A stretch of 64,000 bases of DNA from an uncultured Chloroflexia bacterium (GTDB lineage: Bacteria; Chloroflexota; Anaerolineae; CG2-30-64-16). The notes beneath the pieces were generated by a model. The model worked only from the letters and a program-made list of their open reading frames with translations, was not told the origin of the DNA and did no database searches. The stretch is from positions 704,001 through 768,000 of the forward strand of contig CAVZDU010000001.1 in the NCBI GenBank assembly GCA_963774265.1, read 5' to 3'. Positions 41,949-52,561 of this stretch are shown in pieces (the first letter of the stretch is position 1; every line of letters begins with the position of its first letter). The translations under genes were made by a program, and so were the position numbers.

Positions 41949-42052
41949 TTTTCAAACCTCCGTTGGTCATTCAACTGGCGGACTTTAGGATATACCCATT
42001 GGCCGCTTTCGGCCATGATTCTTGTCAGTATCCCGCAGAAAATGCGACAGGG

Positions 42053-43486
42053 TCACGCGATCTCCGTCCCACCAGACGGTTCCACGTGGATCACGACGCG
42101 GCCCAGGTTTGGCACCTGGTTGCGCAGCATGCTTTCAACGCGTTCGGTCATCGTGTGCGCCTCGATAATCGGCAGGGCCGAATCCATCGTGCAGTGGAAG
42201 GTCACCTGCATCTCGCCGCCGACGCGCCGTACGGTCACATCGTGCGGCTTGCAACCCAGGCTGTTTTCGGCGTCCATGTTGAGCAGGATCTCCCGCACCA
42301 GCTCTTCATCCGCCGAGCTGGCGTTCTTGCGCACCAATGCGTCGCCGGTCGGCTCGATATGCGTCATGACTTGATCGATCGCCGGCAGCATCTTGCGAAG
42401 CGCATCCTCGAAGGCCGTCGCCTGTTCGTGCGCCTCTTCCACGGTCAGCGTATCGCTGACCTCCAGGTGCAGCTCCAACAGGTGTCCCCCGCTCTGCAGA
42501 TCGTAAATTCGCACGCCGTGCGCGCCCATGCCGTGCTGCGCGGCCAGCATCCGTACACTGGTGAGCACCCCCTCATGGTCCGACTTGACCGGGTCCACCT
42601 GCACAACAACATCCGCCCCAGGCAGAATTTGGCGCACCGCCGCTTCGGCTGCCACCGCGATCTGATGCGTTCGTTCCAGCGGCGTATCGCGCGCAATCGT
42701 CAGGCGCACATCCGCGAAGCTCTCCGGCCCGCTGCGACGCACCCGCACCTGCTTAACTTCCAACACCCCCGGCACTCGCACGGCCCGCATGACGTCACTG
42801 CGCACCGATGTGGGCACACCATCGATCAGCGCAGCCACCGTGCGTCCACCGAGCTGCATGCTGACGTAGACTACGATACCCGCCACCATGAGTGCGGCCA
42901 TTGCATCGGCTTTCGCCAGCAGCGGGATGCCGAGCCGCGCTGACAGCCACACACAGGCCAGACCCACGATGACCACCGCCGACGACCAGATGTCCGTGGA
43001 GAAATGGAGCGCGTCGGCCTCCAGGGCCTGGCTGTCATATTTCTTGGCGGTCCGGTACAGAATTCGCGACCGCGTCCAGTCGATGGCAATCGCGATGATC
43101 ATAACGATAAATGCCCAGATACTCGCTTGGACGTGAACTTCCTCAAAGAAGAGGCGGCGAATGGCCTCGTAGATGATCCAGACACAGGTGCCGAGGAGCA
43201 GGAGGGTCTCGAATAGAGCGGAAAGGTTTTCGACCTTGCCGTGGCCGTAGTTGTGTTTTTCATCCGCGGGCCTGCCCGACACTCTCACCGCAAGCAGCGT
43301 CACGACGGCCGCGACGAGGTCCAACGCACTGTGGGCAACTTCCGCCAGGATGCCCAAACTGCCGGTCATGATGCCGACGATCAGCTTGAACAGGGTGAGA
43401 AAAATCGCTGCAACGACTGAACTGAGCGCGGCCCCGTGTTTTTCGCGCGTGGCCGTGGCCTCCTTACTCTCATAGACTGCGGTCAT
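42053..43486 (-). CDS. Cation diffusion facilitator with three tandem C-terminal (ZT_dimer-like) domains
   Basis: 'HSALD', 'HNYGHGK.E', 'ADALHFSTD'; three repeats ending 'VQVDP', 'THIEP', 'IHVEP'. Confidence 0.9.
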   Translation of the reverse strand: MTAVYESKEATATREKHGAALSSVVAAIFLTLFKLIVGIMTGSLGILAEVAHSALDLVAAVVTLLAVRVSGRPADEKHNYGHGKVENLSALFETLLLLGTCVWIIYEAIRRLFFEEVHVQASIWAFIVMIIAIAIDWTRSRILYRTAKKYDSQALEADALHFSTDIWSSAVVIVGLACVWLSARLGIPLLAKADAMAALMVAGIVVYVSMQLGGRTVAALIDGVPTSVRSDVMRAVRVPGVLEVKQVRVRRSGPESFADVRLTIARDTPLERTHQIAVAAEAAVRQILPGADVVVQVDPVKSDHEGVLTSVRMLAAQHGMGAHGVRIYDLQSGGHLLELHLEVSDTLTVEEAHEQATAFEDALRKMLPAIDQVMTHIEPTGDALVRKNASSADEELVREILLNMDAENSLGCKPHDVTVRRVGGEMQVTFHCTMDSALPIIEAHTMTERVESMLRNQVPNLGRVVIHVEPSGGTEIA

Positions 43487-43582
43487 ACCTGCCTCAATCG
43501 CGTTTCGGTGAGCTGCAACTCACCCCACTCCGCTGTCGCTTCGAGGATGCGTCGAAGGGCGGCAATTTACACGGCGGTTGTT

Positions 43583-44308
43583 CTATTGCGGTGTGAGCTT
43601 GTCGGTCACGAGGCTGGCCAGGAATGTGCGCACAGAACCGTCCATAAAGCTGACGGTGATGTTCATGTCCTTGCCCTCAGGTGCGATTTCGGTAATCTGC
43701 CCTGGCCCGAACCGTTGGTGGTAAACGTCCATTCCCTGGCGAAACGCCGGCGGCGGCCCGCTCGCTTTTCTCGCGGCCGGCGTCTGAGACGACAGATTCG
43801 CCTGGCGTTCGTACCACATCTCCGCATACACGTTCAACCGCTCCGGCACCGTAAGCTTGGGGGTGAACTCACCCGCCCGGCGCCGCGCCTGGCTGAGCAG
43901 GGGCATCAACACCTGCTTGCGTGTTTGGGGCACTCCGGTATTCTGGGCGAGCTGCGCGGTGGCGCGCGAAAGCGCCGACTCCAAACGACGCAGCGGATTG
44001 CAGGGTTCATCATCCGCATCGATGCTGACCAGGATCACCCCATGCTCCCTGCACACGGTTTCTCTCGCATCCTCGCGCTCTTGCTCCTGCTCCACCTCCA
44101 GGTCACTTTTCCGGCGTTTTTTCTCGCGACCTTCCAGGCCCACGAAGCGGATCGCCACATTGATATCGCGATAGAGGTAATCCAGCTTCAGCTTCCGGTT
44201 GGTGTCAGGGTTGATCAGCCATTCGGGAGAAACATTCAGCTCCGCATCGAAGCCTTCGAAAACCCGCGCCAGAACTTCGCGCCAGCCGTTGACAAGGTTG
44301 GGTTGCAT
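43583..44308 (-). CDS. Hypothetical: Vsr/DUF559-like nuclease fold fused to PcrA/UvrD-type C-terminal Tudor domain
   Basis: 'PEWLINPDTNRKLKLDY...VAIRFVG' and 'FRQGMDVYHQRFGPGQI...ITVSF..G.VRTF'; promoter TTGACA-17-TATTAT upstream. Confidence 0.6.
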   Translation of the reverse strand: MQPNLVNGWREVLARVFEGFDAELNVSPEWLINPDTNRKLKLDYLYRDINVAIRFVGLEGREKKRRKSDLEVEQEQEREDARETVCREHGVILVSIDADDEPCNPLRRLESALSRATAQLAQNTGVPQTRKQVLMPLLSQARRRAGEFTPKLTVPERLNVYAEMWYERQANLSSQTPAARKASGPPPAFRQGMDVYHQRFGPGQITEIAPEGKDMNITVSFMDGSVRTFLASLVTDKLTPQ

Positions 44309-44577
44309 GGTTGACTCACTGTGAATGAAATGAACGTGCGCCCCCCGGAAAGGGTTAGCGCACGTTTTCACCGACATAATATCACGGGAGACAGGCTCTG
44401 TCAAAGCACCCACACGTTCGGGGGCGACGACGGTGGGAGGCGAGTCCGTTTCGCGCTTGGGCCAATGGCGTGAATCGGGCAGCGCTTTGACACGCACGTG
44501 CGGGAGAAGTATCATCAGTGGGGATTAGTGCTCATCTGTTCAAACCTAACTCGCATCGCCACAATAGGAGGCAAAGA

Positions 44578-45003
44578 ATGGGGTTCATCTGGGATCTGCA
44601 CGCAATCTGGCGTTGGGTGATGTTGGCCGCGGGGGTGATTGTTGTTCTCAAGGCGCTGATAGGCTGGTTGGGCAGGCGGCCGTGGACCAGGCTGGATGAT
44701 CAGCTGGGGATGATCTACACGATGGTGGTCGACGTGCAGTTCCTCATTGGTTTGATCTTGTGGTTCGTTGGCCCGTTCAACTTCCGCCAACTTGCGAGCG
44801 CCATGGGCAACCCGTTGCTGCGCTTCTATTTGCTGGAGCACCCGATCCTGATGCTCGTGGCGCTGGCCCTGGCGCACATCGGGCGGGGCCGCTCACGCAC
44901 CGCGGGAGCGGATGTCAGGAAGCATCGCATCGCGTTCATCTTCTACGGATTGAGCTTCCTGGTCATCGCCCTGATCTTTGTCATGCGATTGAGTATCCGT
45001 TAA
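44578..45003 (+). CDS. Four-TM membrane protein with conserved His (cytochrome-b-like family)
   Basis: 'LHAIWRW', 'DVQFLIGL', 'EHP..M..A..LAH.G'. Confidence 0.7.
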   Translation: MGFIWDLHAIWRWVMLAAGVIVVLKALIGWLGRRPWTRLDDQLGMIYTMVVDVQFLIGLILWFVGPFNFRQLASAMGNPLLRFYLLEHPILMLVALALAHIGRGRSRTAGADVRKHRIAFIFYGLSFLVIALIFVMRLSIR

Positions 45004-45013
45004 GGCTTCGGCC

Positions 45014-45922
45014 ATGGCCTTTGAGAATTACTACATCTACTGCGTGGCACTGTGGCTGATCCGCCGCTTGCCACGCGGTTTTGTCTACTATCTCGTCGGC
45101 GCTGCGGCGGAACTCAATTTCCACTTCAACGGCATAGGGCGTCGCGGCATATATGACAACCTGGCCCACGTTCTGCCGCCCGACACGAGCAGCTTTGTAC
45201 GCTGGCGCTGCGCCCGCGCCGCATTCCGCCATTTCGCCTACTCAATCGTCGATATTTTCCTGATCCCCGGCCTGACCCTGGACAACCTGCAGGACTACGT
45301 TGCTGAAGTCAAGGGCTTCGAGCAGTTCAATGCGTGCCGTACGGCGGGTCGAGGCGGCATCATCGTAACCCTACACATGGGAAGCTGGGAGCTTGCAGGC
45401 GTCGCGCTCGGGCTGATGGGCGTGCCCATCACCGCGGCCGTCTTGAAGCACGCGGATCCGCGCATCGACGAGATTTTTTCCGAGGTGCGCGGGCGGGGCG
45501 GAATAGAAGAGGTGTCTCTCGGAGGCGCGCTCGCCAGGCTGGAGGACGCGGTGGCGCGCGGTCGCTTCATCGCGCTGCTGGCCGACCGGGATGTGAAGGG
45601 CACCGGGATGAGGACGGAGTTCTTCGGTGACACGACCACCGTTCCGACAGGCCACGCCAGGATCGCGCTCCGCACCGGTGCGTGGATCTTCCCGGTAGTC
45701 ACTTACCGCGCGCCCGATCACCGGATCATCATCGACATCCGGCCGCCCATCATCCCTGATCCCCAGGTGGACACAGAGGAGAGCCTGGTGGTGCGCTGCC
45801 TGCGCATTCTTGAGGATTTCATCCGCGAGCACCCGGAACAGTGGTCATCGTTCTTTAACCTGTGGAGCAGGACCGAGCTGCCGGTTTGGCAGCGATACAG
45901 GAAGAAAAAACAGAAAGGGTAG
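45014..45922 (+). CDS. Lipid acyltransferase (LpxL/HtrB-PatA family)
   Basis: 'HMGSWE', 'LLADRD', 'FFG', 'IREHPEQW'. Confidence 0.85.
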   Translation: MAFENYYIYCVALWLIRRLPRGFVYYLVGAAAELNFHFNGIGRRGIYDNLAHVLPPDTSSFVRWRCARAAFRHFAYSIVDIFLIPGLTLDNLQDYVAEVKGFEQFNACRTAGRGGIIVTLHMGSWELAGVALGLMGVPITAAVLKHADPRIDEIFSEVRGRGGIEEVSLGGALARLEDAVARGRFIALLADRDVKGTGMRTEFFGDTTTVPTGHARIALRTGAWIFPVVTYRAPDHRIIIDIRPPIIPDPQVDTEESLVVRCLRILEDFIREHPEQWSSFFNLWSRTELPVWQRYRKKKQKG

Positions 45923-45964
45923 GCCGCGCGAGCCGCTGCTCGCGCGAGCCGCGCGACCTGCGCC

Positions 45965-47337
45965 CTATCCGAGGTGTGCGCGCAACATCGCGATCTGGCC
46001 GGAGACGGCGGCTCGCGCCGTGCCGCCTGTCACCGCACGCTGCTCGACTGACTGCTCGAAATTCCACACTTCCCGCGTGCCAGACAGCCGCGCATCGATT
46101 CTGTGTAGTTCGGCTTGGGGCAGATCGCGCAGCGCACAACCCAGCTCTTCGGCGCGCTTGACCACCCGGCCCACGATGTGATGGCTCTCGCGGAACGGCA
46201 CGCCGCGGCGCACCAGCACATCGGCCAGGTCGGTCGCCAGCAGCTCATCGCCCAAAGCAGCGGCCATCCGGTCGGGCCGGATGGCCAGCGTCTGAACCAC
46301 GCCTCTGTGATGGGCAGGGCTAGCTTCAGCGTGTCGACTGCATCGAACAGCGGCTCTTTGTCCTCCTGCAGATCCTTGTCGTACGCGCTGGGCAGCCCCT
46401 TGAGCAACGTCAACATGCCGGTCAGCCCGCCCACCAGCCGGCCGGCCTTCCCGCGCAACAGTTCCAGTGCGTCTGGGTTCTTCTTTTGCGGCATCAGGCT
46501 GGAGCCGGTGCTGTAGGCGTCGGCCAGCATGACAAAACCGAACTCGCGGCTGCTCCACAGGATGAGGTCCTCGGCCAAGCGGCTGAGATGCACGCCGGTC
46601 AGCGCGGCCCAGAAGAGGAACTCAGCGACGAAATCGCGGTCGCTCACTGCGTCGAGGCTGTTAGGGCTGATCGCGGCAAAGCCCAGGTCAACGGCCAGTG
46701 CGGATCGATCGATGGGAAACGGGCAGCCGGCCAACGCACCGGAGCCCAGCGGCATCACGTCGACGCGCTTGAGCAGATCGGTCAGGCGCTCCCGGTCGCG
46801 CTGCCAGGCCCAGGCGTGGCTCAGCAGCCAGTGGCTCCAGCGGACGGGTTGCGCGGGCTGCACGTGGGTGTAGCCGGGCATCAGCACGTCGATCTCAGCT
46901 TCAGCCCGATTCGCGGCGGCAGCGATGAGCGCATCGAGTTCTTCCGCAAGCAATCCGGCTTCTGCCTTCAGCCACAGCCGCACGTCGGTCGCCACCTGGT
47001 CGTTGCGGCTGCGGCCCGTGTGCAGCTTGCCGGCGACGGGGCCGATGGTCTCGGTCAGCCGTCGCTCGACGTAGCTGTGGATGTCCTCGTCCCGGGCGCC
47101 CGCGAAGGCTGCCGAGGGTGCAGCCGCGATCTCCGCGCGGAGATTCGCCAACCCAGCGATGATCCGTTCGCGTTCTTCCTGCGTCAGCAAACCCGCCAGA
47201 TGAATCGCCTTCGCCCAGGCGACCGAGCCGGCGATATCGGCGTCCCACAGGCGCCAGTCGAACGGTAGCGACGCGTTGAAGCGTGTCATGAGCGGGTCGA
47301 TCTGGCCGGTGAAGCGGCCGCCCCAGAGTTGTGCCAC
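45965..47337 (-). CDS. argH: Argininosuccinate lyase (frameshift near 46305)
   Basis: 'LWGGRF', 'HTGRSRNDQ', 'GSSLMPQKKNPD', 'DLQEDKE', 'GVPFRESH'. Confidence 0.95.
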
Positions 47338-47340
47338 GGT

Positions 47341-48300
47341 CTACTCCCACCGCTCGCGTCGTTGAGCGCGTCCATCTCTTCCGCGGAAAGCCGTACGCCT
47401 GCCGCGCCCAGGCTCTCGTTCAGTTGCTCGACTCTGTTTGCGCCGATGATGGGCGACGTGATGACGGGCTGTGAGAGGAGCCAGGCCAGGGCCGTCTGTG
47501 TGGGGGTGAGGTTGCGGTTGCGGGCCACCTCCTCGAGTTCGGCCAGGATTCCCCAGCCACGGTCGTTGAAGTAGCGACTGCGGATGCCTTCCAGGCGCGC
47601 GCCCTGCGTTTCGGCGCCGCGCTCGATACTTGCCGGTGAGGAAACCAGCGGCGAGCGGGCTGTAAGGGATCACGCCGATACCTTGCTCCTCGCACAGCGG
47701 CTTGAGTTCACGCTCGAACTCGGCGCGGTGGGCAAGGTTATAGTGAGGCTGGAGTGAGTCGTGTCGCGTCAAATTGTGCTTATCACTGGCCCATAGGGCG
47801 CTCGTGAGCCGCCAGGCGTGGATGTTGGACGCGCCGATGTAGCGCACCTTGCCTGCATCGATCATATCATCGAGTGCTCGCAGCGTCTCGTCGAGCGGCG
47901 TGTCACGGTCGTCGGAGTGCGTCTGGTACAGGTCGATGGTGTCCGTCTGCAGTCGACGGAGCGAATCCTCGACCGCGCGGATCAGGTGTCCGCGGCTCAA
48001 CCCCTCGCCGTTTGGGCCTTCCCACATGCGGCCGCGGGCCTTAGTCGCCAATACGATGCCTTGCCGGTTGCCGCGCGCCTTCATCCACCGGCCGATGATC
48101 TGCTCTGAGACACCGCCCGGATTGCCTTCGACCCAACGGCTGTACACATCGGCCGTGTCGATGAAGTTGCCACCGGCTTCGACGAATGCGTCCATCACCG
48201 CGAAGCTCATCGCCTCGTCGGCGGTCCAGCCCCACTGCATTGTGCCCAGGCATAATTCAGACACCTTCAGGCCTGTCCGTCCCAACCTTCGATAGTCCAT
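47341..48300 (-). CDS. Aldo/keto reductase (frameshifted near 3' end)
   Basis: '[16 protein letters not shown]', 'DTADVY', '[13 protein letters not shown]', 'PYSPLAAG'. Confidence 0.9.
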   Translation of the reverse strand: MDYRRLGRTGLKVSELCLGTMQWGWTADEAMSFAVMDAFVEAGGNFIDTADVYSRWVEGNPGGVSEQIIGRWMKARGNRQGIVLATKARGRMWEGPNGEGLSRGHLIRAVEDSLRRLQTDTIDLYQTHSDDRDTPLDETLRALDDMIDAGKVRYIGASNIHAWRLTSALWASDKHNLTRHDSLQPHYNLAHRAEFERELKPLCEEQGIGVIPYSPLAAGFLTGKYRARRRNAGRAPGRHPQSLLQRPWLGNPGRTRGGGPQPQPHPHTDGPGLAPLTARHHVAHHRRKQSRATEREPGRGRRTAFRGRDGRAQRRERWE

Positions 48301-48340
48301 ACCGACACCCCTCTCAAATCCGTGCGGGTAGCCACCCGAT

Positions 48341-49540
48341 TCATGTACGATAGTGCCCGTTGATATCCACGTACGCATGGCTCAGGTCGCACGTCCATAC
48401 CGTGGCGCAACCTTCGCCGAGACCAAGAACGACTGAAACGGCGATTTCCGGACCGTTGAAGATGGCCGTCGCTTCTTCCTCGGCGTAGGCGAGTGGTCTG
48501 CCTTGGCCGACGAGCTGGACCCGGCCCGCGCTGGCGACCGCATTATCGGTGCCAGCCGCGATCCACAGGTCAGCTCGCATCGGGTCGACGTGCGCGCCGG
48601 AGTAGCCGACCGCGGCCAGGATGCGCCCCCAGTTGGCATCCCCACCGTAGATCGCGGTCTTCACCAGCGGCGAATTGGCCACGGCCTTGGCCGCAGCGCG
48701 TGCGTCCATTGCCGTCTCGGCGCCAGATATCCGGATCGTCACGAACTTCGTGGCGCCCTCGCCGTCACGCACGATCTGCTGGGCCAGGTCGGTGCACAGC
48801 TCAGTCAGCGCGGCAGAGAATACATCACCGTCCACCGTTCCCGCCGCGCCGTTCGCCAGGGCCAGCACGGTATCGTTGGTGCTCATGTCGCCGTCGATGC
48901 TGATGGAATTGAAGCTTCGATCTACGGCTGAGCGCAGCGCGGCATCCAGCGCGTTCGGCGACACGGCGGCATCGGTGACAATGACGCTGAGCATCGTGGC
49001 CATGTTCGGATGGATCATGCCCGCGCCCTTAGCCATGCCCCACAGCCGGGCGGCGCCGGCCTGCCGGTAGGCCACCTTGGGACGCGTGTCTGTGGTCATG
49101 ATCGCGGCTGCCGCAGCGTCAAATCCATCCACCGACAGCGCGCCCGCGGCAGCCCTTGCGCCCGCCGCGATGCGTTCCATCGGGAGTCGCGGCCCAATGA
49201 CGCCAGTGGACATCACTGCCACCGACCGGGCCGGCGTGCCGAACGCGGCCTCCGCAAGGCGCGCCATCTCCGCGGCGTCGGCCAATCCTTCCTCACCCGT
49301 ACATGCATTTGCGCAGCCGGAGTTGATGACCACGCCCTGCAGACCGGTGAGATTCCCGGCGAGCAACGCACGATCATAGAGCACTGGTGCGGCAGGAAAC
49401 GCGTTGCGCGTGAACATGCCCGCGGCCAAGCACGGTCGATCGCTGACGACCACCGCGAAATCGGCGGCACCGGTTCTCTTTATGCCGGCCGCAACACCCG
49501 CGAAGCGGTAACCTTGTGGGATGACGTTGACGTCGTTCAA
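48341..49540 (-). CDS. argJ: Ornithine acetyltransferase
   Basis: '[10 protein letters not shown]', 'STGVIG', 'IMTTDT', '[14 protein letters not shown]', 'DGEGATK', 'TCDLS..YV.ING.YRT'. Confidence 0.95.
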   Translation of the reverse strand: MNDVNVIPQGYRFAGVAAGIKRTGAADFAVVVSDRPCLAAGMFTRNAFPAAPVLYDRALLAGNLTGLQGVVINSGCANACTGEEGLADAAEMARLAEAAFGTPARSVAVMSTGVIGPRLPMERIAAGARAAAGALSVDGFDAAAAAIMTTDTRPKVAYRQAGAARLWGMAKGAGMIHPNMATMLSVIVTDAAVSPNALDAALRSAVDRSFNSISIDGDMSTNDTVLALANGAAGTVDGDVFSAALTELCTDLAQQIVRDGEGATKFVTIRISGAETAMDARAAAKAVANSPLVKTAIYGGDANWGRILAAVGYSGAHVDPMRADLWIAAGTDNAVASAGRVQLVGQGRPLAYAEEEATAIFNGPEIAVSVVLGLGEGCATVWTCDLSHAYVDINGHYRT

Positions 49541-49568
49541 ATCAACCTCCGCCGTGCGCCTGACTGTT

Positions 49569-49612
49569 GTAGAGACGTTGCATGCTAGAGACGTTGCATG
49601 CAACGTCTCTAC
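49569..49612. repeat. GTAG REP palindrome with partial internal duplication
   Basis: GTAGAGACGTTGCATGC followed by TAGAGACGTTGCATGCAACGTCTCTAC. Confidence 0.8.
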
Positions 49613-49626
49613 AGGAATGGATGTGC

Positions 49627-50895
49627 CTAATCTCGCTTGAACGCCGAGTAATCCGGGCCAACGTGTTTGCTTCGCCCCGTGCCTTCGACGTCGAGCATGG
49701 CTGCAACCTTCATCGGCAGGCCGAACAGCTTGATGAAGCCCTCGGCATCCTTCTGATTGTACACATCCTCCTCGCCGAACGTGGCGTAATCCTCGCGGTA
49801 CAGGCTGTAGGGCGACTTCCGGCCCACGAGGGTGACGTTGCCCTTGTACAGCTTTAGTCGGGACGTGCCGGTGACATGCTTCTGAGTGACATCGACGAAC
49901 GCGTCCAGTGCTTGCCGAAGCGGGGTAAACCATTGCCCGTTGTACACCAGCTCCGCGTATTTGAGGGCGAACATCTGTTTGTATTGCAGGGTCTGCTTGT
50001 CGAGGCAGATCTGTTCCAGACCATCGTGCGCTTCGTAGAGGATCGTGCCGCCGGGTGTCTCGTAGACGCCGTGCGATTTCATGCCGACCAGCCGGTTCTC
50101 AACGATATCGGTGCGGCCTACCCCGTGGACGCCGCCGATTTGGTTCAGCTTCTCGATCAGCTTGATGGGCCCCATTGCTTCGCCGTTGATGCGCTTGGGG
50201 ACGCCCTCTTCGAAGTATATTTCGACGAACTCGGCCTGATCCGGTGCGCTCTCTGGGCTTTGCGTAAGTTGGAACATCTCCTCTTTCGGCTCGTTCCAGG
50301 GATCTTCCAGTCCACCGCCCTCATGGCTGAGGTGCCAGAGGTTGCGATCGCGGCTGTAGATCGACTTGATGGTGGCTGTTACGGGCACGTTGTGCTCGGC
50401 CGCATACTTGAGCGCGTCCTCACGGCTGCGGATGTGCCATTCGCGCCACGGCGCAATGATCTTCAGCTTGGGGTTCAGCGCCATGACGGTTAGCTCGAAT
50501 CGCACCTGGTCGTTGCCCTTGCCAGTGGCGCCGTGGGAGATTGCATCTGCGCCCTCCATCTCCGCGATTTCGACCATGCGTTTGGCGATCAGGGGACGCG
50601 CGAAGGAGGTGCCCAGCAGGTAATCCCGTTCATAAATCGCGCCCGCCTTGAGGGTGGGGTAGATATACTCGGTGATGAACTCCTCGCGCAGGTCCTCGAT
50701 GTAGAGTTTGCTTGCACCCGAGGCGAGCGCCTTAGCCTCCAGGCCCGAAAGCTCCTCTTCCTGTCCGAGGTTAGCGCAGAAACAGATCACCTCGCAGCCG
50801 TAGTTCTCCACGAGCCACGGCACGATGCACGATGTGTCAAGCCCGCCAGAATAGGCGAGCACGACCTTTGAAGCGGACTTCTTTGCAGCTGACAT
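49627..50895 (-). CDS. argG: Argininosuccinate synthase
   Basis: '[10 protein letters not shown]', '[14 protein letters not shown]', 'YETPGG'. Confidence 0.97.
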   Translation of the reverse strand: MSAAKKSASKVVLAYSGGLDTSCIVPWLVENYGCEVICFCANLGQEEELSGLEAKALASGASKLYIEDLREEFITEYIYPTLKAGAIYERDYLLGTSFARPLIAKRMVEIAEMEGADAISHGATGKGNDQVRFELTVMALNPKLKIIAPWREWHIRSREDALKYAAEHNVPVTATIKSIYSRDRNLWHLSHEGGGLEDPWNEPKEEMFQLTQSPESAPDQAEFVEIYFEEGVPKRINGEAMGPIKLIEKLNQIGGVHGVGRTDIVENRLVGMKSHGVYETPGGTILYEAHDGLEQICLDKQTLQYKQMFALKYAELVYNGQWFTPLRQALDAFVDVTQKHVTGTSRLKLYKGNVTLVGRKSPYSLYREDYATFGEEDVYNQKDAEGFIKLFGLPMKVAAMLDVEGTGRSKHVGPDYSAFKRD

Positions 50896-50924
50896 TGTGT
50901 TTTTAGCTCCTCATGAAAGCGGTT

Positions 50925-51950
50925 TTACCGGGAAAGGTTGATGACGTCGCGCAGCATCGCTCCTGCGGTCGGGATAGGCCCACGCTCATCCACCTTGAGT
51001 TGTTGCAAACCCATGATGTCGGTGTCGAAAACAATGCCCATCTCCCAGCCCGACACGCCGGCGAGAAAATCTCCCATTGGAAGCCACTGCGGCTCAACCG
51101 ACAGCCGGTAGCCGTCCCCGGCTCGCTCAGCCGTCGCCACGAGTTTCACCACTTCCCCCCGGCTCGCCCCTTCCAGGATTTGTTCGGGCGTGATGTCCGT
51201 GATGCCGGTCACCGGGTGGACGTCCCGGAGCGTCGCAGGCATCCCCAAGATGCTGTTGGCGATGATCACCAGCTTGTTGGCCGTGTCCCACCCGCCTACA
51301 TCCAGGGTGGGATCTGCCTCCATGATGCCGTCGAGTTGCGCCTGCCTGAGCGCCTGGCTGTAGCTTCCACCCAGGCCCATGGCCGCGAGAATTGAGTTGC
51401 TGGTCGAATTGAAGATGCCGCGGACACTGCGGATGTCGCAGCCGACCAGGTCGCGCTGACCGATGTTGACGACTGGCAGCGCACCGCAGACGGTCGCGCT
51501 GTAAGCGAAACCAACGCCGGCTGATTGCGCTGCGGCGGTGAGATCGACGTAAGCATGAACCAGCGGCCCCTTGTTTGCCAGGACTACGCCCATACCCCGG
51601 CCAATGGCCGTGCGGACGCAGTCCAACCCGGGCTGGCCGGTCTTGAGATTGACGGGAGAGGCTTCAAGCACCAGATCGGCTGGGGCCCGCGCAATCACGT
51701 CGGGGCCCGATAATCCTGCTTCGCCGCCCTCGAACAGCCCCACGCCGCGGCCGCTCTGCTTGTGGCTGAGCAGCGCCGCGGGGTCAATGCCTGTTCCATC
51801 GATGAGGCCGCCCGAAGAGTCCGCAGCCGCGGTCAGGGCTAGCGATAGTCCGTAGCGCTCCCGCAGCAGCACTTCCTTGTCAATCATCAGCTGCAGAAAC
51901 GCTTTTCCAACATTTCCCAGCCCAATCAGCGCTAATTTCACCTGTCGCAT
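50925..51950 (-). CDS. hom: Homoserine dehydrogenase
   Basis: 'IGLGNVG', 'ANKGP', 'ATVCGALP', 'EADPTLDVGGWDTANK'. Confidence 0.85.
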   Translation of the reverse strand: MRQVKLALIGLGNVGKAFLQLMIDKEVLLRERYGLSLALTAAADSSGGLIDGTGIDPAALLSHKQSGRGVGLFEGGEAGLSGPDVIARAPADLVLEASPVNLKTGQPGLDCVRTAIGRGMGVVLANKGPLVHAYVDLTAAAQSAGVGFAYSATVCGALPVVNIGQRDLVGCDIRSVRGIFNSTSNSILAAMGLGGSYSQALRQAQLDGIMEADPTLDVGGWDTANKLVIIANSILGMPATLRDVHPVTGITDITPEQILEGASRGEVVKLVATAERAGDGYRLSVEPQWLPMGDFLAGVSGWEMGIVFDTDIMGLQQLKVDERGPIPTAGAMLRDVINLSR

Positions 51951-52007
51951 GTATGCCTCACTAGATGCCCAGCACTGAAGCCGCCGGGCGGTGGTTGGAC
52001 GACCGGA

Positions 52008-52550
52008 TTATGAACCCCAGGCATGCCTGGCGAAAGCAGGCCGCAGTGAGATGGCGCCCCGGGTTTCGGTCACCACGGCGGGTTCGCGCAGGTTAAGCAA
52101 CACGGCAATCTCATCGCATGCATCGAACTTCTGGCAGTAGATGCATTCCTGCCAGATCTTCGGGGTGATGGTCCAGCGATCTACGGTGGTGAACCCGCAC
52201 TTGTTGAAGAATTCCTCGCTGAGCGTGAGCGCACAGATGCGATCGTAGCCCGCATCGCGCGCCATCACAACCAGCACTTCGACCAGCCGCCGGCCTAGCC
52301 CCGTGCCGCGCGCCTCAGGTGCGACTGCCAACGAACGCAGCTCGGCGAGGCGGGGGGTCAGGGGCACGTTCGATCCGCACCCCACCACTTTGCTCCCCGC
52401 CTCGGCTACGATGAACCCAGGCAGCGCGCGCTTGATCTGTTCCTCAGTGCGGAAAAGCATCAGATTCTGAGCTGCGTAGCCGTTCACCACGCTGAGAATG
52501 CCGTCGATGTCGCTCTCTTTGGCAGTGCGTATTTTGATGTCCATGTCCAT
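52008..52550 (-). CDS. argA: Short GNAT N-acetylglutamate synthase
   Basis: 'LAELRSLAV', 'GTGLGR', 'KIWQECIYC....CDEIA'; located in the arg operon. Confidence 0.8.
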   Translation of the reverse strand: MDMDIKIRTAKESDIDGILSVVNGYAAQNLMLFRTEEQIKRALPGFIVAEAGSKVVGCGSNVPLTPRLAELRSLAVAPEARGTGLGRRLVEVLVVMARDAGYDRICALTLSEEFFNKCGFTTVDRWTITPKIWQECIYCQKFDACDEIAVLLNLREPAVVTETRGAISLRPAFARHAWGS

Positions 52551-52561
52551 TCCCCGTTGTG

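Noticed and set aside
40152-42374. Long 740-aa plus-strand ORF and similar antisense ORFs
   Set aside because: These are shadows of iorA and other real genes caused by high-GC codon bias and carry no recognisable motifs.
43487-43582. Metal-sensing riboswitch upstream of the CDF gene
   Set aside because: Only a small hairpin (GGTGAG-CTCACC) is present, with no NiCo or yybP-ykoY consensus recognisable.
45014-45922. Evidence for lipid A / outer membrane
   Set aside because: The LpxL-like fold also includes PatA-type glycolipid acyltransferases, and no other lpx genes are present.
48341-49933. 530-aa ArgJ with N-terminal extension (likewise extended thrC, prs and regulator ORFs)
   Set aside because: The extensions overlap neighbouring genes or REPs. 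Downstream starts with RBS or promoter support fit family lengths.
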